A DNA stretch of 63,791 nucleotides, filler included, from Asterionella formosa (Eukaryota), in the NCBI GenBank assembly GCA_002256025.1. It is 19 parts of 19 records of this genome, joined end to end, with 100 filler letters (N's around TTAATTAATTAA, not from the genome) between each part and the next. Parts side by side here need not be neighbours in the genome. Positions count along the whole stretch, not along the records: positions 34,999 to 36,827 come from NKIB01001084.1; positions 36,928 to 38,756 come from NKIB01001085.1; positions 38,857 to 40,684 come from NKIB01001086.1; positions 40,785 to 42,612 come from NKIB01001087.1; positions 42,713 to 44,539 come from NKIB01001088.1; positions 44,640 to 46,467 come from NKIB01001089.1; positions 46,568 to 48,393 come from NKIB01001091.1; 12 more parts are not named here. The stretch is one strand, 5' to 3'. The position numbers were made by a program, and so were the translations under genes. Of this stretch, positions 35,507 to 47,009 are shown piece after piece. Numbering within the stretch: the first letter of the stretch is position 1; each line of letters starts with the position of its first letter. The notes under the pieces are model-generated. The model made no database searches. It saw only the letters and a program-made list of their open reading frames with translations, and was not told where the DNA came from.

Positions 35507-36827
35507 GGGTCGTTCTTATCATTTTCGATTTGGTATCATTTTTTTTGAAAAAGTATCATGTAACGGCTACTGGATTTAAACCGAAAAAATCCATTCTCCA
35601 CAAAAATAAAAATGAAATTGTATCACCCAAAAAGTATCACGAAAATTCAACGGTTACGGGCTGGCTACAATCATGTGCATATCCCTCCAGGCTTCCCTCC
35701 AGACTATTTCGATAATTTTCCATTACTAAAACCATGTAGGAAAACTACGCGTATTATGTAGCAGTATGGAATATATAGCTGACATACCTGCTTAATTCTT
35801 GATTTGCCATGAGTCAACACAGACATGCAAGATCCTCTATACACTTCTTCTTACACTTCCGCTTGCCATCATCCCCTTTCAAGTTTACAAGCAATCAGCA
35901 CCATGTCATCATTGTCAGTGCACAATGACGAACAAGTGGATCAACATTGGACTGAAGAAGGTGCCGTGAATATCAACAATGGCAATGATGATGATGGTAA
36001 TGATGTCATCAGTAATCAATTTTTTGATAATGAAAACAACCATCAATTCTTTGATTACGATGACCATGATCAATTCTTTATCCTTTGTCATCTGGCTCTG
36101 GAGGCTGAAACGAAAGTTAAAAAGAGGAAGGCGAAATGGGAGCATGAGAGAATGTCATGGCATTCTCATGTCAAGAAGCTGTGTCATGAGGACGCATTTG
36201 AAAAGACTTATAGAATGTCCCTTCGAGCCTTTAAGAAGTTGGTTTACTTGCTGGAGAGTGATGTCATTGGGAATTTCTCCAAGTGCGGTACAGCTACTCC
36301 CATTTACCCAGAAATTGTGCTGGCCATTGGCATTCGATGGTTGGCTGGAAGCAGCTACATTGACATTCGTCATGCCTATGGATGTAGCATAGCTTCAATC
36401 TATAGATGCCGAGATTTATTTCTTGAAGCCGTGCTTAACTGTGATTATCTGAAAATTATATTTCCTAAAACAAGGAGTGATTTGGTGAAATTGGCTATAG
36501 CCTTTGAACAAAAGAGCACAGAAGGGTTGATCAGAGGGTGTCTTGGTGCTATTGATGGTTTTTTAGCCACAATTAGTCGCCCCACGCTACGTGACTGTGG
36601 AAACAATCCAGGAGATTTTTATTCTGGACATTACATGACTTATGGTATCAATGTTCAGGCTATCTGTGATGTTGAGAGTAGATTTATATTTTTTGGGGTG
36701 ATTGCTCCTGGACGATGCAGTGATCAAGTTGCATTTGAGAGAACTGCTCTACCCAACAAAACTGCATTATTTGATTCTGGTTTTTATCTTGTTGGTGATG
36801 CAGCATATACATTGTCAGATGTCATGT
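35507..36827 (+). mobile_element. PIF/Harbinger transposon: left TIR at 35507 and DDE_Tnp_4/HARBI1-like transposase ORF 35825-36827, 3' truncated
   Basis: TAA|GGGTCGTTCTTATCATT; FEKTYRMS, LAIGIRWLAG.SY.DI, GCLGAIDG, GINVQAICD, PGRCSD and YLVGDAAY. The frame is uninterrupted to the contig end. Confidence 0.92.
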
Positions 36828-36927
36828 NNNNNNNNNNNNNNNNNNNNNNNNNNNNNNNNNNNNNNNNNNNNTTAATTAATTAANNNNNNNNNNNNNNNNN
36901 NNNNNNNNNNNNNNNNNNNNNNNNNNN

Positions 36928-38631
36928 TGATACCTTTTGCTTCAGCAATTGCCACCCTGTTCTTTTCATTCAAAGCCAAGTTCTGAAGTGCTGCACATCC
37001 ATAGTGTTGCATATTGATATTAAATGGATGACTTTCCATCCGAGACACAATCATAGCAGTACCTCCTTCATCATTAATCATCACCTGGTTGTTGTCATTC
37101 TCAGCCAATTTCCAAAGTGCTGCACAACCATACTCTTGCACATCCGCCCTGGAGGAATGAGTTATCATAGCTTCAAGAATTGTAGTGATACCTCCTGCTT
37201 TGGCAATTGCCATCCTGTTCTTGTCATAATTCACAGCCAAATTCTGAAGTGTTGCACAACCATTTTGTTGCACATCGGCATTACTCGGATGAGTCTTCAT
37301 AGCAGAAAGAATCATTGCGATACCTCCTGCATCAGCAATTGCCACGCCAACGTCCTGAAGTTTACTAATGATATCCGCCCAACAACGATGGCGCTCTTCT
37401 GGATTTCTCTTCAGCAACCTTATAAGCAGAGGTTTCATGGGATTCCAGTCATTGTTGTCCCGCACATAGGTATCGACCTTTTTAACACAATCTCTGTCAC
37501 TCCAATTTACTATTTTGCTTAGCTCATCCAGCTCCACTTCTTCACGAACATCCATAACAAAAAGTTGTTTACCAGTGCAGAGATAATAAAGAAGGACTCC
37601 AAAGCACCACATGTCATATTCATGACTGGCTTGAACTTTCGGAGGACTCTCACCATGTTCCTTGTTTAGCTTATGGTACTCAACAGCAGCCTGTTCGGGA
37701 GGCAAGTATCCAGAGCTTGTTTGCTTCTGACCAGCATCTTCCAAGCCAATTAATGCCGCATTGTCAAGATCGATTGCAGCATATCCAACACCCTCACCAC
37801 AAGACACAAAATTTCGAGCCTTCACATCTCCGTGCATAACATTACACTCTTCATTAAGAAACTTAAGGCACTTGGCAATTTGGATTGCAATGTAACGCAC
37901 TGCATGCACGTCCTTGCCTGCAATGTTTTGACGTGATATAACATCACTGAGGTCATTCTTATTCCCACAATCCATGACTAGGAGATGATTGAATTCAATG
38001 TCTCCTTGTTTCCATTCGATTGTCTGGTTACAGTCAAACTTAGTATGCGGATAAGCAGATGCATTCAGCCCTTTCTTGCTGTCTGTATATGCAGCTCTCA
38101 CAGTAATTACAAATTGGGTTGCACCAACTTTGCTCCTGATAAAGTCCCGCTTTTCCAATTCACGCAGGAAGGCGGAACTGACTTTGAAGAACTTGAGAGC
38201 TACATTGGTTTCTTTCCTGTTTTCAGATTTATCATTAAATTCTGTTCCAAAATAAACGACACAGCTATCTGACAAATGCTTCTTCTCCTGTATTTGATAT
38301 TTTCCAAGAAACCTTCCGTATTTCTCACCCCACTCTCTGAGCTTGGGATGTGTGGACAACTTTGCCCTATCAGCAACCTTTTGCCATGTTTCTTTTTTAA
38401 CTTGAGCAATGGACTGAAACGACGCTACTTTCGTTGCGCTATGTTTACAGATTGAGATTTCCAGCTGATCTTGTTCTTTGGACCCTCTCAGCTGTTCCTC
38501 TATCTGGAAGAATATATTGGCCGCATCAGCCGTTCCAAGATCCATCAAGATTTCCAAAACAGTCCAGGTAGTTATTGGTTCATGATTCAAATCGAGGAGT
38601 GGGAGAGTCCTGCTTCGATCAAATTCATTGA
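36928..38631 (-). CDS. Protein kinase domain followed by armadillo repeats; 5' part cut by a copia LTR, 3' end cut by the contig end
   Basis: Kinase motifs VALKF, HGDVKARN, IDLD, SSGYLPPE and YDMWCFG, then about 3.5 ARM repeats (GGI..IL.AM.TH...ADVQ..GC..L.NLA). The frame stays open up to the LTR junction. Confidence 0.88.
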
Positions 38632-38756
38632 TGTTGGAGAAATTATTTTAGGAAAGAAAATCCCGGTATAAATTACCTACTACATATTGAATCGAATGAA
38701 TCAAGAAAGAATATGGTACCAGAGAATTCGAAAACAATCTACGCCAACAGTAAAAA
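38632..38756 (+). repeat. 5' half of a copia family A LTR (5' or solo LTR)
   Basis: TGTTGGAGAAATTATTTTAGGAAAGAAAATCCCGG..., nearly identical to 1052-1317 (minus) and not preceded by the PPT. Confidence 0.92.
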
Positions 38757-38856
38757 NNNNNNNNNNNNNNNNNNNNNNNNNNNNNNNNNNNNNNNNNNNN
38801 TTAATTAATTAANNNNNNNNNNNNNNNNNNNNNNNNNNNNNNNNNNNNNNNNNNNN

Positions 38857-40684
38857 TCCACCACAGTGGCTTTCACGGCCTCCAAGGAATTCAATATCAG
38901 ATGGTTGCCTCCACCGCTGGCGCCTTCTCTCGTATGATTCTTGCTAAAAAACTCATCTGTCCTCCAGCCACTCCTAGCTGTCTATTTCCTGGTATGTCCA
39001 AGATGATAGATCTGGAAGCAGGCTTTGACACCTCTGCCGTCATCATGGAGTGCTTAGGATCTACCAATTGTGGCAAGGCTACTGCCTTCTACATGAACGT
39101 TGGTCACGGGCAGCGTATGAGCCTCGAGCTCGTTGATATCCCTCCTGATATGAAGAGACCTTTGAGTAAGGATGTGGTTATACCCTTGTCTAGCAATGGC
39201 CAAAAGGCATCGCCCCATTTCAAGTTTGTTATGGTGGACGACTTTCAAGACGAGGGATACTCCAAAGGCAAGCCACCCACAAAAGTCAAGATGGCTCGAT
39301 CTGTCGCTGGCGCAATCTCAGACGATCAAATCCTTGCATCAATTTCGTCGCTGGGACTTCCGAACACGGATACGAACCCGAATACGCACATCCCTCATAT
39401 TGAAATTCAATTAGACATGGTGTACGTGAAGGCCCGTGAAGTCGATGACCTTCCCATCAACCTCAACTACGGTACTCGCGGAACGGATCTTCGGGTCATG
39501 GACGAATTGGGTTTGGATTGCGACACCGACTTTTCCTTTGCCAGGAGGGCGTTGTCTCCGGAGATCTTCAAGGCGCAGATCAAACTCCGTGAAGCGTCGC
39601 AAAAGCGTATCGCGGCAATGGTTAAGAAGTCAAAGAAGGTTCAAATGGAAGATGCGTCCAACGGTCATTCTTTTCCTGGTATGGAGATGGAGGTCTATTG
39701 TCCAGAGGTTACTGCTGATGGATACGAGATTGAGATTAAAGATGGTACCACTCGTCTGACCAAGAACGACCGAGTCATCATCTCCGATGGGGCTGGGACC
39801 GTTGTTTTTGACAAAGACGACTTGAAGGAGAAAACCGTGATGCTGCCTCGTGACGAGAAGGAAACTCCTTATGCTGTCATCTTCGACCCTGTTTCCGAGA
39901 AGAACATTACCATCGTCGGAACAAACATCACCATCAATAAATCTGATGGTACTATCGGCAAAGAATCAATTGGTTTGTTGTTGGTCAATAATCTGACTTC
40001 CCCCTACTCTGCTACTCTCATCACTGAGGGAGCCTCAGGTAACGTTCAGGTTGGCGAAACACAGACGATTTTCAGTGGAACTGTGATCTCGACTGGTATG
40101 AACCATGCCGATCCAGGTTCCGTTGTCCGTGTCGGTGATGGTTATGCGATCCAAGAAGAGCCTGACCCTGGTGAAAAGCGTTCTGGCTTAGAAGCGCAAC
40201 ACGATACTTGGGACGGATTTAGCAATCGCGATTCTCCGTACGGCACAGAAGAAACCGGTGTTCGCGACTTGGAACGTGATATTGTTAACGGCAAGCAGCC
40301 GAAGGAGATGAGTGAGGAGGAACAGTACAAATACGACGTCAAGCCTGTTGTTAAAACTGATAAACCAACTCCAGTACCTGTTGTGAAAACTGATAAACCT
40401 ACCTCAGGACCTACTCCAGGACCCACCAAAGCCCCTACACCAGGACCAACTCCAGCACCTACCAAACCACCAACTCCAGCACCTACCAAACCACCTACGC
40501 CAGGACCAACTCCAGCACCTACCAAACCACCAACTCCAGCACCTACCAAACCACCTACTCCAGGACCAACTCCAGCACCTACCAAACCACCAACTCCAGC
40601 ACCTACCAAACCACCTACTCCAGCACCTACTCCATTACCTACCAAAGCACCTGTTCCACCGACTCCAATGCCTACTAGGAAGTA
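38857..40684 (+). CDS. Unknown protein with a C-terminal Pro/Thr/Lys-rich repeat (mucin or cell-surface-like); both ends truncated
   Basis: Open frame across the whole contig, with PTP(A/G)PTKP repeats at about 40360-40680. Confidence 0.8.
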
Positions 40685-40885
40685 NNNNNNNNNNNNNNNN
40701 NNNNNNNNNNNNNNNNNNNNNNNNNNNNTTAATTAATTAANNNNNNNNNNNNNNNNNNNNNNNNNNNNNNNNNNNNNNNNNNNNTCATTGGCTTCTGAAT
40801 TATTGTCGCGTATCGCTCATTTCTCACGCAGCTGCCATGTCCACCTTGCCAATCCTTACAGATATATCTTCACAATTAATCTACC

Positions 40886-42361
40886 ATGTCAAAGTCAGTT
40901 ACTGATTTCGAATCGCTCAGTCGTTCATTCGCGGACAATGGCAACAGCGGCGTCACTGCTCGTTGGGAACGAAAGAAGCCACGGCTAGGAGATGATCGCA
41001 AGCCTCTTGGCTCCAACAACAGCAACGACCGTTTCATTCCGAACCGATCCAAAATGAATTTGGATCGAGTTGCTCAGCACTCTGTGTCCTTGCCGGATAC
41101 GAACGGACGCAAGAGCAGCGACGTCGTTCCAGAGGAGCATTTGGGTGCCTACAAGGCTGCTCTTGGCGAAGTCTTACTTGGAAGTGGTGACCCTAGTCGT
41201 GTCCTTGCATTTGGAAAAAAGGCACCTGAGCCAAAGGGTGACGTTTTCAACAATCTCAATGTTTTGTACTCCAACACTGTTGGAGCTGGTGATCGGAAGA
41301 AGGCTATCAATGCCAAGCTGGTCAACCGTCACATCGCATCCGCGCCATCGCGTATTTTGGATGCTCCTGATATGATGGATGACTACTACCTCAATCTGTT
41401 GTCATGGAGCACCACTAACGTCCTTGCGGTTGCCTTGTCGAAGACTGTGTACCTTTGGAATGCTGGTACTGGTGACATTGCGGAACTTTGCACAGTTGAG
41501 GGTGACATCGATGCCCACATTTCGTCCGTTTCATGGGTTCAAGAAGGAGGTGGTCACTTGGCGGTTGGGACCTCGTCTGGAAAGACCCAGCTCTGGGACG
41601 TGACTGCGGGAAAGCAGCTTCGATCGATGGGTGGGCACTCAGACCGTATTGGCGCACTCTCTTGGAACCAACACATACTGAGTAGTGGTGGGAGAGATAG
41701 TCTTGTCATTAACCATGATGTCCGTATTGCTCGTCATGACATTGCGACATTGACGGCTCATCGACAGGAGGTGTGTCAACTTGCGTGGAGCCACGACGGA
41801 AAGACACTGGCTAGTGGCGCAAACGACAACAAACTCTGTCTTTGGGATGCTTCCACTTCGTCAACCGCCACTCCTCGTTTTGAATTTACTGACCACCAGG
41901 CCGCTGTCAAAGCGCTGGCTTGGTCCCCTCATGAACGCAACTTGCTGGCTTCTGGTGGTGGTACTGCCGACCGGACTATCAAGTTTTGGAACACTCACTC
42001 TGGCTCACTGTTGAACTCTATTGACACTGATTCGCAAGTCTGCGCCCTTCAATGGAATCCATTCGAAAAGGAGATACTTTCGTCGCATGGATTCGCTCGA
42101 AACCATTTGTGTCTGTGGAAGTACCCGTCAATGGCCAAAGTCAAAGAGTTGGAAGGCCATACTTCTCGCGTCTTGCACATGGCAGTGAGTCCTGACGGCG
42201 GAACCGTTGTCTCGGCTGCTGCTGATGAAACACTTCGATTCTGGGATGTCTTCGCACCTACAGGCAAATCAAAGTCAGGAAGTAAGCAATCAGCCGGAGA
42301 TGTCTATGGCAAGGAAATCCCACTCAGTGCCGACTTTTTGAGACCTATGCAAATTCGCTAA
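40886..42361 (+). CDS. CDC20: APC/C co-activator CDC20/Fizzy
   Basis: C-box DRFIPNR, Mad2-interaction-like RVLAF, RILDAP..DDYYLNLL.W, WD40 repeats and a C-terminal IR tail. Confidence 0.93.
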   Translation: MSKSVTDFESLSRSFADNGNSGVTARWERKKPRLGDDRKPLGSNNSNDRFIPNRSKMNLDRVAQHSVSLPDTNGRKSSDVVPEEHLGAYKAALGEVLLGSGDPSRVLAFGKKAPEPKGDVFNNLNVLYSNTVGAGDRKKAINAKLVNRHIASAPSRILDAPDMMDDYYLNLLSWSTTNVLAVALSKTVYLWNAGTGDIAELCTVEGDIDAHISSVSWVQEGGGHLAVGTSSGKTQLWDVTAGKQLRSMGGHSDRIGALSWNQHILSSGGRDSLVINHDVRIARHDIATLTAHRQEVCQLAWSHDGKTLASGANDNKLCLWDASTSSTATPRFEFTDHQAAVKALAWSPHERNLLASGGGTADRTIKFWNTHSGSLLNSIDTDSQVCALQWNPFEKEILSSHGFARNHLCLWKYPSMAKVKELEGHTSRVLHMAVSPDGGTVVSAAADETLRFWDVFAPTGKSKSGSKQSAGDVYGKEIPLSADFLRPMQIR

Positions 42362-42712
42362 AAAGAGTTTGGGGATCATCAACACGACAGGAATTGAATT
42401 CGCGTTGCGTTCGGCATATCGGTTTGTTGTATCGTTTGCTTCGTTTGCTTCGTTTTCTTCGTTTTCTGTTTTGTTTGTATTCGCCCCCATCTGTCTTGCA
42501 TTCTCGTGTCTGTATTTCTAAAATAGTAAGCGGCCTCACCGCAAAACGAAAACCTAACCCAACAAACAGGTATGTGTGCTCGTGTGCTTGACTTTTGTCG
42601 ATGATTGAACGANNNNNNNNNNNNNNNNNNNNNNNNNNNNNNNNNNNNNNNNNNNNTTAATTAATTAANNNNNNNNNNNNNNNNNNNNNNNNNNNNNNNN
42701 NNNNNNNNNNNN

Positions 42713-43189
42713 TGTTGACGGATTTGGCGCGAACAAGGTTGTCTAAAATTGAACAGTTTGCATTTTACATGAGAGATCATTTGGACTTGATGAGCGCAGA
42801 AGAGGTGATTGTATCACATGTCATGTATTGTTAAGTATTTGTTCAAGACTTGAAACTAACAAAGATCGTTGCATTTTACTCAGATTAACTACTTGAAACA
42901 ATATGGGGCACTTTTGGAAAGGCACTTTTCCCGGACTGTGCTCGAGCACTTACCCAAGGAGCTGTGGCGAGTGCTTGACGAGCCAGAAATGATTGACTGT
43001 CCCAAGCTTGATCAGTTTGTCTTTTGCCGCACGAAGGAAAAGGTAGAAATAGACAATTTTGATCCGCTAGGTGAGGAAGAGCAAGATGAAATGAATGTTC
43101 AAGAGCATGCGGCAGGGGCCTGTCTAATTGCCAGGTACAATGCTGTTCGGGATTTGCTACGCGACGGGAAAATTGAGTTGTTGATGTAA
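42713..43189 (+). CDS. SLD5: GINS complex subunit Sld5, C-terminal part; intron 42805-42883
   Basis: RTRLSKIEQFA...MSAEE joins INYLKQY across a GT...ACTAAC...CAG intron, followed by P.LDQFVFCR and LIARYNAVRDLLRDGKIEL. Confidence 0.88.
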
Positions 43190-43574
43190 CCAAAAATAAA
43201 TTGACAAATGATTTGAATGATGCGTATTCAAGGCAACATTCGAGTACAATTACAAACCGACACTCCTTATTTACGATCGAAGAATAGGTTATGTTCACAT
43301 GTATACATTATTAGAATAATTGACACTCGGATTGCGTAACGTAAAATTATTCTCATATGATGACTGACTTCTGCTATATATATATATATATATATATATC
43401 CTTTTGGGAAGGTTGTGACAGTTTATAAAGAGGAATCAGCACATTGAAGGACTTTTTAACTTATTACAAACTATGTACTGTACTACGTACTACGTTCAGA
43501 TTATATGTCACCAGCAGATATGAATCAGATAGAATCATGGTGCATGACCATAGTTACCATATCCCCCACAGAAT

Positions 43575-44539
43575 CTAAGAAATAGAAACACCAGTCTCAA
43601 GACGATGAGTGAACCGGACAGGCCCAACCGTCTCGTCATAAGCCAATGCCATCAGATGTCCAACCTTGTCTCTGACTTCTGCATCGAGCACATCGCTATT
43701 GACCAACTCATTTATTTTAACAGTTTGATCCTCGGTGAGCTCCCTTCGCTTCTTAGGAGTGTCCAAATAAGAAACAAGGTCATCGGTCGCGCTCGGAAAC
43801 CAACTAGACGTAAACCATCCGTTAAAGGTTAGGCGCTTCTCTGTGGCTGCCGGATTCACTGGGGTCACCATATGGATCGTTCCGGTAGTGACTGAGAAGA
43901 GGGTCAATGTATTGAAGCTTGCATGCACATACGCATGCGCGTGGTTCTCTGGGCACCAGTAGAGAGCTCCGCCCCATTCTGGAAGCCAATTCCTCGAGAG
44001 ATGCCAAACATACGACACAGTCCTCATTTCGCGATGATCGTCATGAGGCAGGACGTACTCCCTTGGGGCAAACCAGCTTGCCCCACTCATGATGATTCCA
44101 GAAGTGTCTCGATCAGTAAGGTCATGCATAAAGGTTTTGGACTTGGGGTTGTCCATGACATGATGAAACGCCCGCATTAATTCATTGTAATCTTCCCATT
44201 TATAGACATTGTTCTGCGAAACTTGGAAGCCATCGGCATCGAATCGTTCTTGAAGTTTGAAGTTGACTTTGAGCAACTCTTTGTGCATCGCTTCAGCAAA
44301 CTCAGGTTTGAAGGCGTTGTTAATGACAACCGCCTTTCCTGCCCTAAGATTCGCTCTGATTTCATCTAGCTTCGCAGGTTCTGTGACGTTTGGACTCAAG
44401 AGATCTTGGAGTGACGTTCCATAAATATCAAAGCAAAAGTCAGGTCCCGAGCAGATCGTTTTCCCTGAAACCTCTTGCTGAGACACATTACTGGTAGCAG
44501 CCTCCCAGGGCGATTCGCCCTTTTCGCTGGCGGCAGGTT
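43575..44539 (-). CDS. 2-oxoglutarate/Fe(II)-dependent oxygenase (prolyl-hydroxylase/TPA1-like domain), 5' truncated
   Basis: HxD (LPHDD), VSYVWHLSRNW.PEWGGAL, FNTLTLF.V, distal His (HMVTPV) and KRLTFNGWF. Confidence 0.88.
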
Positions 44540-44869
44540 NNNNNNNNNNNNNNNNNNNNNNNNNNNNNNNNNNNNNNNNNNNNTTAATTAATTAANNNNN
44601 NNNNNNNNNNNNNNNNNNNNNNNNNNNNNNNNNNNNNNNAAGAAGATGACAACAATGAAGGTGTGAGTGAGCATTATGATAGTCAGTTTACAATGATGGG
44701 CACTTTGGCATATGAAACTGGAAACAATGGTGTGCTTACCTGGGGAAGTTTGGAGGCAAATACAAACACAACGAAAACAAACAAGGAGGACATGAGTAGT
44801 ACAACTATACAACTGTTGGTGGACGGCCCAAAGGTGCCACCATTGCTGCCACCATTAGCAACAAACCCC

Positions 44870-45660
44870 AGATGCAAAATGCATTGATTGAAGCAACAGA
44901 TGAGTACATGAATAAAATGCTAGACAGCAAAAATAACAACAAACGTACCTCCAAAGGAACAATTTCTTTGATCATTGATGCTGCCAAGGAAAGGAATGGA
45001 ATACCTGCAAATTCTGCCACACCAAACAAGAAAGCAATTTATGAACAAGGATGGTATCCCCTGAACTATAATGTCTTGCTTCACCCTGAGATTCAACTAG
45101 TAACCCAACCACGACACAACAGAACATCAATGCGCCCACAGAGACTGCCACTCTCCCTCCTGATGAGTTAAACCTCCAAACTGGCTTTTCTGGAACAATT
45201 GTTGGAAGAATTAACAAGTTTTGCAAATGCGAGGATGTGCGAAATGGAATCGACCGGGACGCTGCCCAAGCTAGTAGACAGAGAAGGGAGACAGCGGATT
45301 CACACATTGAGGGACACAAGAAGAGGATAACAGCAGGACTTCTGGCCTCTGCACAAACCTTTACCCTTGGGCCAAATATTCTTGCTGTTACACTGGAACG
45401 GAAGCGAATTTCAGACATTGTCATTAGTACAAAAGAAACCAAGCAAAAGGCAACAAGAATTCAATACACTTCGCGGAAAAACACTTACATTAAAAGGGAT
45501 AGAACAGAACAAAACAAAAGAACAGATGTCTGTGCCAGAATTGAAATTAATGGTGCATTGGTACAAACAATCAGGTGATTTGCCGGTTCCACAAACAAGG
45601 CAAGCTCTGATTACAAGATTCGACGACACCAATCACCGTGGTGACCAGCAGCCGCCATTC
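44870..45660 (+). pseudogene. Internally deleted, frameshifted pogo/DDE_1-like transposase remnant
   Basis: KGTISLII..AKERNGI is fused directly to KKAIYEQGWYPLNYNVLLHPEI, followed by KRITAG and ELKLMVHWYK..GD.PVP. No catalytic core is seen. Confidence 0.55.
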
Positions 45661-46199
45661 CCTCTCCATGCACCTCCTATTGCTGTGGTTGTTGTTACTG
45701 CACCTCCTCCTGTTGCTATTCCCTCTCCTTCTACAACTGCTACTGCCGATCCACCATTCCGTGATGAATATGCAATAATATTAGTGACTTTGGAAAAATT
45801 ATTTCTTCATGGCTAGATACACTGAATCAAAACTGATTCCTTAATAGTACAGCAGAGAGCATTGTCTAACATAAGCTTTGTACTTGCGTCAAGTTTTGAT
45901 CGTTGAATTACATAAATATTTTTAGTCGAAAGATAGAGTAAAATAGCGGTGGCTTACAGTTTTTAAGTGGTACCAGGTACCAGTAAATGAACAGGTATTC
46001 CGGTCGGCCGGATTCGTCATAACACGATATGAAAGCGCAGGAGGGTAAGATACGTTTCAGAGTTGTCAGTGTAGGAATGAATGCTCACAATTTTATTACC
46101 TTTAGCTACCAGGTGTGCTGTACATGTATACTTTTGTGATGAAGAACTAGACTACGGTAGACAACGGGTACAGGTACAGATATACTATTATTATGTTTC

Positions 46200-46467
46200 A
46201 TGAATGAGCCGCAAGAACCGATGAACGCAACGGCCGGTACCGCTCCGGCGACCAGTGTCACTGACAACAACAACAACAACGATATGACTTTACGAAATGT
46301 AATTCATCAAGGCTGCAAAAGGATTGATCTTGGTGCAGCGGTATTGCCCCAACCTCTCCTCAATGACTCCCAGTACGCAAAAGTCCTTGGCCGTGAAATG
46401 AATGCCATTGTTGTGGAACATCATTTAAAATGGGGACCACTTTGCCATGATTTACCAGGACCATTGG
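46200..46467 (+). CDS. Glycoside hydrolase family 10 (xylanase-like) N-terminus, 3' truncated
   Basis: LGAAV...L..D..Y...L.REMNAIVVEHHLKW resembles the GH10 pattern GAAV...Y....EFN..T.EN.MKW. Confidence 0.65.
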
Positions 46468-46567
46468 NNNNNNNNNNNNNNNNNNNNNNNNNNNNNNNNN
46501 NNNNNNNNNNNTTAATTAATTAANNNNNNNNNNNNNNNNNNNNNNNNNNNNNNNNNNNNNNNNNNNN

Positions 46568-46786
46568 TAGCCACAGCATTAGTAGAGGAAACTCCAACCG
46601 CCTAGGAAGGCGGCATAAGCTGCTTGTAGGGGGGAAACCCACTATTGCTTGCAAACCAGGCAAGACCGTGCGAGACGGTCAGGAGTGTGGTATTTGAACC
46701 CAAGAATAACTTCTAAAAAATCGCGGAAATAAAACCAAACAAGCTCAGATCAAAGGCAACGTGCTAAACCACTAAGCCATTCCCTT
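46568..46786 (-). ncRNA. tRNA-derived (Gln-TTG-like) Pol III element, candidate SINE or tRNA pseudogene
   Basis: A-box TGGCTTAGTGG (46779-46769), then TTTAGCAC...CTTTGA, a B-box-like GGTTCAAATAC (46700-46690) and GC-rich hairpins. No proper acceptor stem. Confidence 0.55.
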
Positions 46787-47009
46787 AAAGTTTGATTCTT
46801 ATATCCTACTATGCATATGAGGAAAGGATATTGATCCTATGGTCCACGGTTGCGGTGACATTGAAATGAGGGATGATACTGGGTTGGTAAGTAAGTATAT
46901 GAACACAAAGGCTAGCAGCGCCAGGAAGCGCAAGCAAGCTAAGTCCTTAATATAAGTGAAGTTAAACTATTAATATTATTTTTATTATTATTTTTTATTT
47001 TTATTTTAT

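Noticed and set aside
40142..40645. Gly/Val/Ala-rich minus-strand ORF (elastin- or silk-like)
   Set aside because: It is the antisense shadow of the Pro/Thr repeat on the plus strand.
40886..43189. Cell-cycle cluster CDC20 plus SLD5
   Set aside because: They are on separate contigs; the adjacency comes from size ordering.
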